Made by a program: the position numbers and the translations under genes
Shown here: positions 46,501 through 56,437 of the stretch, in pieces
How the letters are laid out: each line of letters opens with the position of its first letter
Position numbering within the stretch: the stretch's first letter is position 1
Assembly: GCA_963575745.1 (NCBI GenBank)
Contig: CAUYUJ010000086.1
Span: forward strand, 62,001-118,562
Length of the DNA: 56,562 nt
Direction of reading: 5' to 3'
From: Prorocentrum cordatum
Lineage: Eukaryota
The notes under the pieces: generated by a model
The model's input: only the letters and a program-made list of their open reading frames with translations
The model's database searches: none
Told to the model about the DNA's origin: nothing

Positions 46501-49500
46501 TTCTCGCCGCCCCGCGAGTCCGCGGCCCTGGGCCCTCGGGGGCTTGCCTCTTGGGTCCGCCGCCGAGCAGCCGACCCGCGCCCCCGCCCGCGCCCCCGTC
46601 GCCGTCGCCGCCCGCGCCACCGTCGCCCGGCCCCTGCGCACCAGAGCCCGACCCCGACGCTGGTCCACCGTTCGCACCGCTGCCCGAAGAGGACCCGCCG
46701 CCGCCGCCGCCGCCGCCCCCGGAAGAGTCGTCGCCGCCGCCCCCTCCTCCCACCACCTCATCCCCGCACCCCGCCAGCCGCAGCCATTGGCTGCATGTCC
46801 GGTCCAACCAGATGCGCACGAATTCCTGCGAATACTTCGTCGCCACCCTTGCAACACCCCGCGCGAGCTTCGCTTCCTTGAAATCGGGCTCCCCGCGCCG
46901 ATCGGCGAACGCGTCCGGCCAGACACCGCCGTGACGGGCACGGAAATCGTCGAGGGCAATCAGAACGTCCTTATCATTCTTTGCGGCCGCGTCGTCCTTC
47001 TCCACCGCGGCGAGCAACGCGGGATCCCTCTCGAGCGCAGCGAGCAGGCGCTGCTGGTCCAGGTCCCAGTGCCCCGCGGCGAGGTTCCACGTCAAGCCCA
47101 CGCCCGCCCGCTCCCGGCGCACGAAAGCCGCCACCTGCCGCGCCGCCTGAGGCTTCAGCTTGAGGAGCTGCTGCCAGACGGGCCACTCGGGGATCGCCTG
47201 CGGCTTCAGGTCCGCCAAGTACACGGGCGGCTTCAGGTCGCCACTCGGGGACCGCCGCGCGCCCTCGGCGGCCTCCACCCTGTACATTATGTCGCGGTCG
47301 CCCTCGAGCTGCTGCAAGCGCGCGGCCAGGGCGTCGCCCATGCGAGCGACGCCGCCGCGCGCGCGGCACCAGGCCCGCAACAGCCAGAGCTCCGCGGGCA
47401 CGTCGCCCGGCTCGCCCGTGTAGTAGCCGCGCCGCCCCTGGGGGAACGTGTCGGCGGCGAAACCCGACTCCACGGCCTCGGAGAAGAACGCACGGCCAGG
47501 GCCGGCCCACGCTTTCGGGATACCGAAGACGCGCGGCCAGGGCGCCAGCCTGCTCCCGTCGGGCCCCGCGCGCTGGTACCACGGCTCCAGAGCGTGTCGC
47601 TGGTCCAGCTGCACGCTCGCTTCGCAGTTGTCCTGGTGGAAGCACTCGTCCTCCAGCAGCAGACCACGGAACTCAGCGAATCCGTTCTCCCCCCCCGCCG
47701 CGCACCGGGCCGCCTGCGCGCGCTTCCTGGCGCGGGCGCGCTCCGCCTCCACCGCCTCGCGCTTCATCACCGCCTGGCTAGGCAGCTTCTTCGGCGCGAA
47801 ATGCAACCTCTTACACCAACCATCGACCTCTCCGTCGGTCAGCTCCCGCGCGCTCTCGAAATCCTGCTGGCACTTGTAGCAGAGGAAATCAGAGGGCAGG
47901 CGCAAGAGCACGCTGCCGTGCACCGGGGCGCCAGGAGCGCCGTCCAGCCGCGCCTGCTCTGCGTACCGCGCCTGGCGCGTCGCCTCGCGCACCTCCCCCG
48001 GCCTCCAGACCTCGCCCTCGGCGGCGTCCAGCGACGGCAGCAGCGGCGCGCGGACCGGCCCCGGCTTGCCGTCGTCGCGGAGCGGCGCGCGCCAGCGCAG
48101 CGGCTCGCGACGGCAGCAGACCCAGACCTCGCGCTCCACGCCCTCCTGTTCGAGCCGTTGGAGCAGGCGCTGCCACTGCTCCCAGGGCTCCCGCACGTCC
48201 GAATTGGGCACGGGCGTGCGGCGCAGCAGCTCGGGGTCGGCCCTGCGCAGGCGCCGGATCGCCTGCGACCGCGCCACGTTGTCCTGCGCCGTGGCCGCGT
48301 CGAGCCCCAGGGCGACGTCCCGCAGCCGCTCCAGCTCCGCCACCTGCCGCTGCAGCTCCGCGTCCGGGGCCTCCCCCGCGAAGAACCTGGGCGCGACGGG
48401 CACATACGACAGCATGCAGGTCGCCAGCACGTACCGCACGAAATCCTCGTGCTCCTCGTCGATGCCCGTGGGGAGCTCCTCCTCGTCCGCCATGCCCCGC
48501 GGCTCCTCCTCCGCGTCCGCCATCTCTGCGTCCCCCTCCTCCTGCTCCCTCCGCTCCTCGTCGCCCTGCTCCTGCTCCTGCTCCCCCTGCTCCTGCTCCT
48601 CCTCTTCCTGCTCCTCTTCCTCCTGCTCCTCTTCTTCCTCCTCCTCCTCATCCTCCTCCCCGAGCGCCTCGCGGCGCGGCTCTTCGGCCGCCGGGGCGGC
48701 CAAGGCTTCGCGGACCCGCCTGTCTTTGGCCAGGGCAACGAAGACGTCGAGCCCGAGCGCGGCGCCCTGCAGCGCGTCCACGTGCTCCAGCAGGGCGGCC
48801 ACGAGCGCGGTCTTCACCCGCCGAGCCAGCGCCCTGTCTGCCCTCTGGAACCTAGCGAACATATCCGGCGTGACCTCCGCGCGCCGCTCCTCCGCGAGGC
48901 AGTCGGCCGGGTCCTCCTCTTCCTGCTCCTCCTCCTCCTCGCCGAATGCCTCCTCCTCCTCCTCGGCCGCGCGCCGCAGCAGCTCCAGCCGCTGCGCCTC
49001 GAGCGCCCGCGCCTCCGCCTCCCTGCTCTCGGCATCGCGCCGCGCGGCGGCCGCCTGCGCGTACTTCTGCCGCAGCGCGTCGAAGGTCGCGGGCGCGTTG
49101 AAGGACGCCGCGCGGCCCTTCCGCTCGTGGTTCGCGATGAAGTTCGCCAGCCTGCGCTCCTCGTCATCCTCCGCCTTCTCCACCGGCATCCTCTGGTTCT
49201 TCTCGCACCACGCCTCCAGCGCCTGGACCTGGATGAGATCCGCGTCCAGCGCCGCCTCCAACTGCGCTCGCCAGTGCTCGTCCAGGCCCTGGCGGCCGTG
49301 CGCGCGCACGTTGCCGATCCACATCGCGAGCAGACGCTCCCGCGCATCGTCGTCATGACCGCCGCTCCTGGGCGCGCGCCCGTGTGTCTCCACGAAAAGC
49401 TTTACCTCGAGCACACGCTGCTGCGCCGTCCGCCGCTGCCACATGCCCCTGTTCACCAAACGATCGAACCTCTCCTGGTTGTCATCATCCAGCTTGTTCT

Positions 49501-51460
49501 GGCCAGTGGTGACATTGTGGATCCACTTCGCGAGCTTCTTCTCCTCCTCGTCCTCTGCCCCCTGCTTCGGCAGCTCGTCGAGCACCTCCACGTGCTCCTC
49601 GATGCGGTCCAGCATCGCGCGGGCGCGCGCGCGCCTCTCCTCCCGCCGGTCCACGAGCCCGTCGAACCGCGCGCGCCGCTCGGGGGTCAGCACATGCTGT
49701 CCATCGCACACGTGATGGACCCACTGTCCAAGCGCGGACTCCTTCTGCGCTGGAACGCAGCCGTGCTCGTCCACGTGCCTCGCCAGCTCGCCCAGCATCT
49801 CCTCGGAATGGTCCCGCGATCGCGCCTCCGCGCCAGCATGCCGCACACCGCTCATGTCGATGCCCAGGTGCGCCGCGAGCGCGGCCCTGTACACCTCAAT
49901 GTCCAATCGCTTGCGCTCCGAGCCAACCCAGCGCCGCGAGGACGGCACTCCAGCCTCGCGGTCGCCCCGCAATCGCGCAGCCAACTTTTCCAATTCAGCG
50001 AAACTCATCCGGGCCAACGCCGCCGCGTCCACTCCGTCGCGCGCGCTCCCGCGAGCGCCCTGCACCCCTGCGGCACCCTGCTCCACGCGGCGCTTCGGCG
50101 CCCCGCCCCGCAGCGCGCCGCGCCCCGCAGCCGCGCGCGGTGACCGCGAAACCGAGCTCGAACGCCCGTGAGCGACGACGCGACACCACGGCGCGCTCTC
50201 GGCTCCCCCCCACTCCACGTCACCAGAACCCACCGACTCCTCCACCGCGCACACGTGGCCACCGTCGAGCCACAGCAGAGCACCGGCGCAGAAGCCCGCC
50301 GCGTGCCCCAGCGCCCACGCCACACGCCCTCCCTCCTGCGCTCCGAACGCTTCCACAGATTCCGCAGAGAACACGCGCACATGCAGGAAGCGGGAGCGCA
50401 AGTGCTGGACGACGACCTCAAGATTCCAGCGCTCCACCAGCGACCCACAGGCGCCCGAACCCTCGTGGTTCTGACACGCGCGACCGAAATGCCCCGCGGC
50501 GTCCCCCCCCACGAGCTCAGCCACTGCGCTCTGCAGGCACTTCCCACGCCACTCGACGGGAGAACTAGCGCGCGCGCGGCGGTTCCCCCGCCCGCGTCCG
50601 CCGCGCGGCCGTGGGCGCGGTGGGCGAGCGGCACCGAATGCACCAACAGACATGGGCACGGCGCCGTCCTGCGTCGCCCCGCTGAACCCCGCCGGACACG
50701 CTCCGAGAGCGATCATGGCGCAGGCAGCGCGCACGGCCAGGTCCCCAACGAAAACCTTGGACTCCCGCGCAGCCCGGCACTTCGCCCCGCCGATGCCGAC
50801 GCCCGGCGAGAACCGGCGCGCACAGACGCGGCGGCCGCCGCACGTCCGTGCCGAGAGCCCGTAGAGCACGCAGCAGAACCACCTGGCGGTGACGACCGCG
50901 GCCTCACGATCGGCCTGCTCGGGCGCGTCTGGGAGCTCCCGCGCGAACACATCTCGCTGCCGCCACCAGCGCGCCGCCGCGACCTTCCTCGTCATCACTA
51001 CTCTGCCGTCTTCCTGGGGCGGGCACACGCCGAGAGCGACGAGAACGCAGGCTGCGCGCAGGGCCGCGTCACCCACGGTCCACGACGACGCGTCGGGCGC
51101 AGGCGCGGCGGCGGCGCGGGGCGCGCGCGCCTTCGGCTGCTCCGAGTCGACGGCACGGGCCGCGCGCGCGATCAGAAACTGCTCCACGCGCCCGTTCTTG
51201 CAAGCCGCCCCCCGCGCGGTGCGCCCAGACGAGACCCGCCTCTGGCGACGCGTCGCGCTGCAGTAAGCGGGGCACGACGGGGAGCAGCACGCGGCGTGCA
51301 ATCTGCTCGTTCCGCTCGGCCGCCGCCTCCGTCCGCCGCGCCCACTCCGCCTCCCGCCGCGCGCACCGAACCCGCCGGCACGACGCGCGGCGCGCTTTCC
51401 GGAGCGATTTCTGCTCGCGCTCCGCCGCCTCCAGCGCAGAATCATCGACGACCTCCTCAT
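43448..51460 (-). CDS. Helitron polyprotein N-terminal part: papain-like Cys/His module, helicase-associated (HA)-like repeats, acidic tracts, C2H2 finger, DUF6570-like region
   Basis: About four HA-like repeats, e.g. ELARHVDEHGCVP..ESALGQWV (~49100-49810). CRLCDKNF..HVHEKH (~45890-45950). CAGC..MPPCALANDLWIGRLP (~44960-45060). FDPVAFPYGDG (~43760-43790). True start uncertain: the overlapping frame 51069..51497 looks more protein-like. Confidence 0.8.
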   Translation of the reverse strand: MRRSSMILRWRRRSASRNRSGKRAARRAGGFGARGGRRSGRGGRRRRPSGTSRLHAACCSPSCPAYCSATRRQRRVSSGRTARGAACKNGRVEQFLIARAARAVDSEQPKARAPRAAAAPAPDASSWTVGDAALRAACVLVALGVCPPQEDGRVVMTRKVAAARWWRQRDVFARELPDAPEQADREAAVVTARWFCCVLYGLSARTCGGRRVCARRFSPGVGIGGAKCRAARESKVFVGDLAVRAACAMIALGACPAGFSGATQDGAVPMSVGAFGAARPPRPRPRGGRGRGNRRARASSPVEWRGKCLQSAVAELVGGDAAGHFGRACQNHEGSGACGSLVERWNLEVVVQHLRSRFLHVRVFSAESVEAFGAQEGGRVAWALGHAAGFCAGALLWLDGGHVCAVEESVGSGDVEWGGAESAPWCRVVAHGRSSSVSRSPRAAAGRGALRGGAPKRRVEQGAAGVQGARGSARDGVDAAALARMSFAELEKLAARLRGDREAGVPSSRRWVGSERKRLDIEVYRAALAAHLGIDMSGVRHAGAEARSRDHSEEMLGELARHVDEHGCVPAQKESALGQWVHHVCDGQHVLTPERRARFDGLVDRREERRARARAMLDRIEEHVEVLDELPKQGAEDEEEKKLAKWIHNVTTGQNKLDDDNQERFDRLVNRGMWQRRTAQQRVLEVKLFVETHGRAPRSGGHDDDARERLLAMWIGNVRAHGRQGLDEHWRAQLEAALDADLIQVQALEAWCEKNQRMPVEKAEDDEERRLANFIANHERKGRAASFNAPATFDALRQKYAQAAAARRDAESREAEARALEAQRLELLRRAAEEEEEAFGEEEEEQEEEDPADCLAEERRAEVTPDMFARFQRADRALARRVKTALVAALLEHVDALQGAALGLDVFVALAKDRRVREALAAPAAEEPRREALGEEDEEEEEEEEQEEEEQEEEEQEQGEQEQEQGDEERREQEEGDAEMADAEEEPRGMADEEELPTGIDEEHEDFVRYVLATCMLSYVPVAPRFFAGEAPDAELQRQVAELERLRDVALGLDAATAQDNVARSQAIRRLRRADPELLRRTPVPNSDVREPWEQWQRLLQRLEQEGVEREVWVCCRREPLRWRAPLRDDGKPGPVRAPLLPSLDAAEGEVWRPGEVREATRQARYAEQARLDGAPGAPVHGSVLLRLPSDFLCYKCQQDFESARELTDGEVDGWCKRLHFAPKKLPSQAVMKREAVEAERARARKRAQAARCAAGGENGFAEFRGLLLEDECFHQDNCEASVQLDQRHALEPWYQRAGPDGSRLAPWPRVFGIPKAWAGPGRAFFSEAVESGFAADTFPQGRRGYYTGEPGDVPAELWLLRAWCRARGGVARMGDALAARLQQLEGDRDIMYRVEAAEGARRSPSGDLKPPVYLADLKPQAIPEWPVWQQLLKLKPQAARQVAAFVRRERAGVGLTWNLAAGHWDLDQQRLLAALERDPALLAAVEKDDAAAKNDKDVLIALDDFRARHGGVWPDAFADRRGEPDFKEAKLARGVARVATKYSQEFVRIWLDRTCSQWLRLAGCGDEVVGGGGGGDDSSGGGGGGGGGSSSGSGANGGPASGSGSGAQGPGDGGAGGDGDGGAGGGAGRLLGGGPKRQAPEGPGPRTRGAARRDQERLQQERLRKEEEERLRGKTVKAGDVEVNVALDDPHVSEEGTLPAWLLDPAPCVAGRCVARVWHPHRGVHVLGQCRHSCKGEGQFCGSHGRPEQRPFGEWDPDQRHSSLTRECPERYGLAVKEARKRETDAGGAPPAPTPAIAAARKARVPRLQPEYVALPCGERRPLRAFKEAPEALPPFPCRLCDKNFATHAGFMTHVHEKHHGWPEYRKRLFYLAEQWPQQDDDVRPVRPQEWRQCVEAFSEHLVTGSHDWPACAAPADSGEAAAAAAAPDAPRAWWKPPGADGAVPPAGVDMPPVDLDALGAAPAASDVEGPEPGQSRRAVRSRVACCVCARLHWADELQRVHFWQQPDGAGERSLLCDQVPKPPARAELEAARGEASEAAGAQAQAMRLTQRQRAHALLDPARYHARWRFVREGPNGVERPGGIPLEELEASAVRDPGPDGKLWLLHKKCFKIDRRESDGVLVADAKQKVPICAGCHGALSKRLPTMPPCALANDLWIGRLPPPLRNLTLGAKLLLPIARGIVRRFNCKADSGEWAPIDQKIKAYVGNFVAFPQADGGRQVLSLPPRESDLVEFVQIVFAGSDPATLQKALLEELGVPLADFKRAYEYLRDTNEQYAAVRWDEEAAQNFADPEGDGDGDGSSLLGLPRCLAACVAVGGKGGDARQEGPADAVQPGAGSAPPKRTSAGAASAEGEANAAADGGGEAGGGCGDPTGEDAAGAGGEDSEGDEGEAGEGEGGEGVEEGEYCAAVADADMLADLDKQWQTVHLSLQKAEVIAREKRRVEALTRQFDDMENFQDRDSDLRLAEAAKEAHKAAKALTNCNKEALTKKLEQTEQKIQATRPPPGVAGKRAAGGGGGGGGAPAGGAEGGGARRAVRVVVPTGTEPVSMFSPGFWSAFDPVAFPYGDGVFGLDREAKLTYDEWCRCLMAREELEYEVPDDVSAPDAARAPAPDAARAPAASESPVPRWRRHATCSRPSIASGAERLSFSRLGYSCASSVWGKASRTSPH

Positions 51461-51621
51461 GAATCACGGCGTGCTCTGCGAGCAAACAATCCTGCACCCG
51501 GTCGTCCCATGCTCGCGACTTCCGGGCCGGCGCCGAGCGCTCCGCGCACCGCCCCTGCGAACCGCGGCCGCCCCCCGCCCGGGCCCGGAAGCGGGTCCGG
51601 CCCCGGTTCCCCGTCGTCGCA

Positions 51622-51624
<3 letters not shown>

Positions 51625-51666
<42 letters not shown>

Positions 51667-51912
51667 CGGTCCGCCCTCCCTCCTCCCCCTCCTCCTCCTC
51701 CTCCTCCTTCGCTTCCCTCCTCCTCCTCCTCCTCCTCCTCCTCCTCCTCCTCCTGCTCCTCCTCCTCCTCCTCCTCCTCCTCCTCTTCCTGCCTCCTCCC
51801 CTCCTCCTCCTCCTCCTCCTCCTCCTCCGCCTCCTCCTCCTCCTCCTCCTCCTCCTCTTCCTCCTCCTCCTCCTACTCCTACTCCTCCTCCTCCTCCTCC
51901 TCCTCCTCCTCC
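51625..51912. repeat. (GTC)n and (CTC)n microsatellites
   Basis: Directly visible. The (CTC)n tract is mirrored by (GAG)n at 56493-56562. Confidence 0.95.
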
Positions 51913-51965
51913 TGCTGAGCTAAAGCCATGGCTATTGCGGAAGCTCGGACAGGGACGCGGCAGAT

Positions 51966-51998
<33 letters not shown>

Positions 51999-54033
51999 GT
52001 CGCTGGCTGCGAAAGCGGAAATTTCGCTGGCGTGCACACGCTCATAAAAATCATCGCCTCCCAACCGGTTTTTGGCGCCTCCTCGGAGCCGTTTTGAACG
52101 CACTCCGGAACGATTTTCAATGCCGCCGCCGCCCGGGACCGAGACTTCCCTTTTCCTCACGTCAACGCACGCAGGAACAGAAAACTCGCGCGGAAAATCT
52201 ACATCACTGTCCACCCTCTCACAACCCGGTTTTCCAGGAAACCGCACGCCAATCTGACACGAAAATTCTTGCGAAAATTTCGCGAGCGTTTCCCCCTCGA
52301 AGCGCCCGTTTCCAGAAAGCTCCGTCTCGCAGAAACCCTGCCCCGAGCAGGGGAACGCCCGCGAGAAATTCGCGAGCGTTTCCCTCTCCCAGCGGGCATT
52401 TTCAAAGAAATTGAAGCCGCCCCGGGGACTGCGCGTTGGACGGGAAAACGCTCGCGGAAAATTCGCGAGCATTTCCCCCTCCCACCGCGCAACCCCCTGC
52501 GTCCTGAACCCCGCCCCTGCCCCGAGCCCCGGCCCCTGGGTCCCCGGCCCCGGCCCCTGGGTCCCCAGCCGCAGCCCGGCCCCCGCCCCCGGCCCCCCCC
52601 CCGGCCCCGCCCCCGCCCCCAAACCCAAAAAACCATGTCCTGCCCGGAGGGCGCTCAAGCTGAAATGAGACTGGGGGGTGCCCAGTCTCACCGGCAGTTC
52701 ACCAAGTACTACCTCATTCCCCGTCACACCCCCGGGGCGGCTGGGGGAAAACCCAGCCGTCGGGGAGGGAAGTATGCTCCTAGAGCCTGCGCCTAGCGCC
52801 CCCCTGCCAAGGGGATGGCAGGGGTGAAGACGACGGTCTCCCATGGGATTGGGAAGGACCGCCGTCCCCGGGGGGAAAGGACGGCCGCCTTGGGGGCGAC
52901 CGTCCAATCCAGTGTGTGCGCGTGCGTGCGCGTGCGTGTGTGTGTGTGTGTGTGTGTGTGGCGCGCGTGTGTGCGCGCCGCGGCCGCCCAAGCGCCGGCG
53001 CCCGCCCGCCCGGCCCCCCCGGCCCCGCGCGCGCGCGGGGGTCCCGGGGGCGGCCGCGCGGGGCGGGGCGCGGCGCTGGCGGCGCGGGGCGTTCGTCGTC
53101 GCCGTCGTCGCTGCCGCCGTCCCTCTCCCCCGTTCTCTCTTTCTCTCTTCTCTGTCCTGTGCTCTCTCTCTCTCCCTCTCTTTCTCTCTCTCTCTCTTTC
53201 TCTCTCTCCCGCTTTTCTCTTCTTGTTGCCTTCCTCCCGTGTTCTCCTTCCTTCTCCTTCTTGCTCTCTGCTGTTTCTGTTCCTTCTCTTCCTTTCCTTC
53301 CGTCCGCGTTTTTCTTTTAGGCGTCTTTTTTCCCGGGATTGGGGTGGGGTGGATCCAGACGAGGCCCCAAAGGCCTCTTCTGGAACCCCCCGGGCGTCCG
53401 CCCGGGGCTTTTTTCCCCTAGGGGGAAGAGGTTTCCCGCGAATTCGGAAGCCTCTCCCCCCGCCCCCTGCTCGGAAAGCGGTTTCCAGCAGTGCCGGAAG
53501 CCGCTTTCCCCCCTGGAGCAGTTTAACGACCTGCTCAGGTCGGAGCCTTTTAACGCCCTGCTCAGGGTCCCGCTCCCTGGGCCGCGCGGGTGTCAACCCC
53601 GGGTCTTCCTCCGGAGGCCGCGCGCGCCCAGGGTCTCGCTCCCTGGGCCGCTCACGCGCGCGGTTTACGCGTGTGGGGCGGCTTCACGCATGCGGTTTGG
53701 CGTGCGTGGAGACGCTGGAAACCAGGCGTGACGGAGCTTTGCGGACGCTGGAAACGCTCCCTGATACGCTTGCACGCTTTCCTGCACGCGTGCAGGCACG
53801 CTTGCACGCGTGCCTGGGGCGTTCCTGAGACGCTGCCAGCGACGCTTGCACGCGTGCCTGCACGCGTGCAGGCACGCGTGGACGCGAGCCTGGAGCGCTC
53901 CCGGACCCGCTGCCGGGACCGGCAGCTTGCTGGAAAGATCGTGGCGCGGCGGAGGTGGGCGTGTGCTCCTCACCACCCACCGCCGGCTTCTTATCTGAAA
54001 CCCTCAGCTCTCCAAGGAGCTAGCCGGGAACTT
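51850..54033 (+). repeat. Left arm of the long inverted repeat
   Basis: 51913 ctgctgagctaaagccatggctattgcggaa... is the reverse complement of 56461-56491 (one mismatch). Colinear similarity continues to ~54033 versus 54437. Confidence 0.92.
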
Positions 54034-54374
54034 GTAGGCGTCCAAAACCCGGATAGCGAAGCCAAGCGCGGAACGCCGCACGGGAACCTCTGCCAGGCCG
54101 CCTGAAACGATGCGCGGAGCGTTTGAAACCTCCTAGGAGACGCTTGCAGGGGCGCCGTTTACGATGCGTGGAGCCCTGCAAAGCGCGCAAGGAAGATCTG
54201 CCTAGGAGCCTGGAAGAACTGCCGAAGCTCTTCCGAAGCTCTGCCGAAGCGCTTCGCGCACCCTGGAGCCACGCGTATTGGGAAACGCTACGAAGCCACG
54301 CTCCCGGACACGCTGCGAACTCCGGCAAGCCGCTGCGACGAGCGTGGACCGCCGTGGAGGAGCTCCTGGCGGGC

Positions 54375-54497
54375 ACCACCACCGTCCGGCTTCTAATCTT
54401 AAACCCTTAGCTCTCCAAGGAGCTATCCGGGAAAAAGTTCCCGGATAGCTCCTTGGAGAGCTGAGGGTTTCAGATAAGAAGCCGGCGGTGGGTGGTG
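54375..54497. other. Central ~60-bp-stem hairpin with a 4-nt loop (AAAG, 54434-54437)
   Basis: agctctccaaggagctatccgggaa-aaag-ttcccggatagctccttggagagct is a perfect 25-bp stem, extended with mismatches. Confidence 0.9.
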
Positions 54498-56404
54498 AGG
54501 GAGACACGCCCACCTCCGCCGGTCCACGATCGTCGCAGCAGCTTGCCGGAGCCTGCTGCGTGTCCGGGAGCGCTCCAGGCACGCGTGCACGCGTGCTTCC
54601 ACGCGTGCAGGCACGCGTGCAAGCGTCGCTGGCAGCGCTTCAGGAGACCTCGCCAGAGCTCCGTAACGCGAGCTTTCCAGCGTCTTCACGCACGGTAAAC
54701 CGCGTGCGTGAGGCCGCCCCCGCACGCGTAAACCGCGTGCGTAAGCTGCGTGAGCGGCCTCTGGAGCAGGACCTCGGGCGCGCGCGGCCCCGGGGCGAGG
54801 ACCCGGGGTTCGCGCGCGCGCGGCCTGGGGGGGATACCCCCGGGGCGCGCGTTGGCCGCCCTGAGCAGGGCGTTAAAAGGCTCCGACCTGAGCAGGTCGT
54901 TAAACTGCTCCAGAGGGGGAAGGGGCTTCCGGCACTGCTGGAAACCCCTTCCCCAGACAGGGGGCGGGGGGAGGCTTCCGAATCCGCGGGAAACCTCTCC
55001 CCCCTGGGGGGAAAGAGCCCCGGGCGAACGCCCGGGGGGTTCCAGAAGGGGCCTTCGGGGGCCTCTTCCGGATCCACCCCGCCCCACCCCCCGGAAAAAA
55101 AAAAAACACGCTCAAAAGAAAATCGCGGACGGAAAGAAGGGGAAGAGAGGAAGAAGGAAGCAGCAGAGGAAAGAGGGGGAAGAAGGAGAGCACAACAGGA
55201 AGGGAAGGAGAGCAAGCGGGAGAGGGAGAGAGCAGGACAGGGGAACAGAGAAAGAAGAAAACGGGGAGAGAGGAGGGACGGCAGCGGCGGCGACGACGAC
55301 GACGAACGCCCCGCGCCGCCGGCTCGCCAGCGCCGCGCCCCGCCCCGCGCGGCCGCCCCGGGACCCCCGCGCGCGCGCGGGGCCGGGGGGGCCGGGCGGG
55401 CGGGCGCCGGCGCTTGGGCGGCCGCGGCGCGCACACACGCGCGCCACACACACACACACACACACACACGCACGCGCACGCACGCGCACACACTGGATTG
55501 GACGGTCGCCCCCAAGGCGGCCGTCCTTTCCCCCGGGGACGGCGGTCCTTCCCAATCCCATGGGAGACCGTCGTCTTCACCCCTGCCATCCCCTTGGCAG
55601 GGGGGCGCTAGGCGCAGGCTCTAGGAGCATACTTCCCTCCCCGACGGCTGGGTTTTCCCCCAGCCGGCCCGGGGGTGTGACGGGGAATGAGGTAGTACTT
55701 GGTGAACTGCCGGTGAGACTGGGCACTCCCCAGTCTCATTTCAGCCTGAGCGCCCTCCGGGCAGGACATGGTTTTTTGGGTTTGGGGGCGGGGGCGGGGC
55801 CGGGGGGGGGGCCGGGGGCGGGGGCCGGGCCGGGGCTGGGGACCCAGGGGCCGGGGCCGGGGACCCAGGGGCCGGGGCTCGGGACAGGGGCGGGGTTCAG
55901 GACGCAGGGGGCTGCGCGGTGGGAGGGGGAAATGCTCGCGAATTTTCCGCGAGCGTTTTCCCGTCCAACGCGCAGTCTCCGGGGCGGCTTCAATTTCTTT
56001 GAAAATGCCCGCTGGGAGGGGGAAACGCTCGCGAATTTGTCGCGGGCGTTCCCCTGCTTGGGGCAGGGTTTCTGCGAGACGGAGCTTCCTGGAAACGGGC
56101 GCTTGGAGGGGGAAACGCTCGCGAAATTTTCGCAAGAATTTTCGTGCCAGATTGGCGTGCGGTTTCCTGGAAAACCGGGTGTGAGAGAGTGGACAGTGAT
56201 GCAGATTTTCCGCGCGAGTTTTCTGTTCCTGCGTGCGTTGACGTGAGGAAAAGGGAAGTCTCGGTCCCGGGCGGCGGCGGCATTGAAAATCGTTCCGGAG
56301 TGCGTTCAAAACGGCTCCGAGGAGGCGCCAACAACCGGTTGGGAGGCGATGATTTTTATGAGCGTGTGCTCGCCAGCGAAATTTCCGCTTTCGCAGCCAG
56401 CGAC

Positions 56405-56437
<33 letters not shown>

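Larger units (their letters stand above)
34742..51460 (-). mobile_element. Giant Helitron-like element coding region (RepHel polyprotein, ~5,570 aa after restoring three 1-nt deletions)
   Basis: DUF6570-like region, HUH Rep motifs I-III, Pif1 helicase and USP occur in canonical order across the ORF pieces. Element termini not identified. Confidence 0.85.

Noticed and set aside
45137..50143. 1668-aa plus-strand ORF, and similar ORFs 37402..39825, 24811..26064, 33719..36157
   Set aside because: Antisense shadows of GC-rich minus-strand genes, with no recognisable motifs.
52659..52700. Hammerhead-like CTGA..TGA plus stem
   Set aside because: The core does not match CUGANGA, and no GAAA follows the stem.
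52738..52797. Hairpin followed by CTAG as a canonical Helitron 3' end
   Set aside because: It is on the wrong side and strand for the adjacent RepHel gene, the spacing is ~20 nt, and arm homology continues past it.
53998..54470. AAACCCT heptamers as telomere remnants at the palindrome centre
   Set aside because: Only single copies inside a longer repeat unit; no tandem TTTAGGG array.
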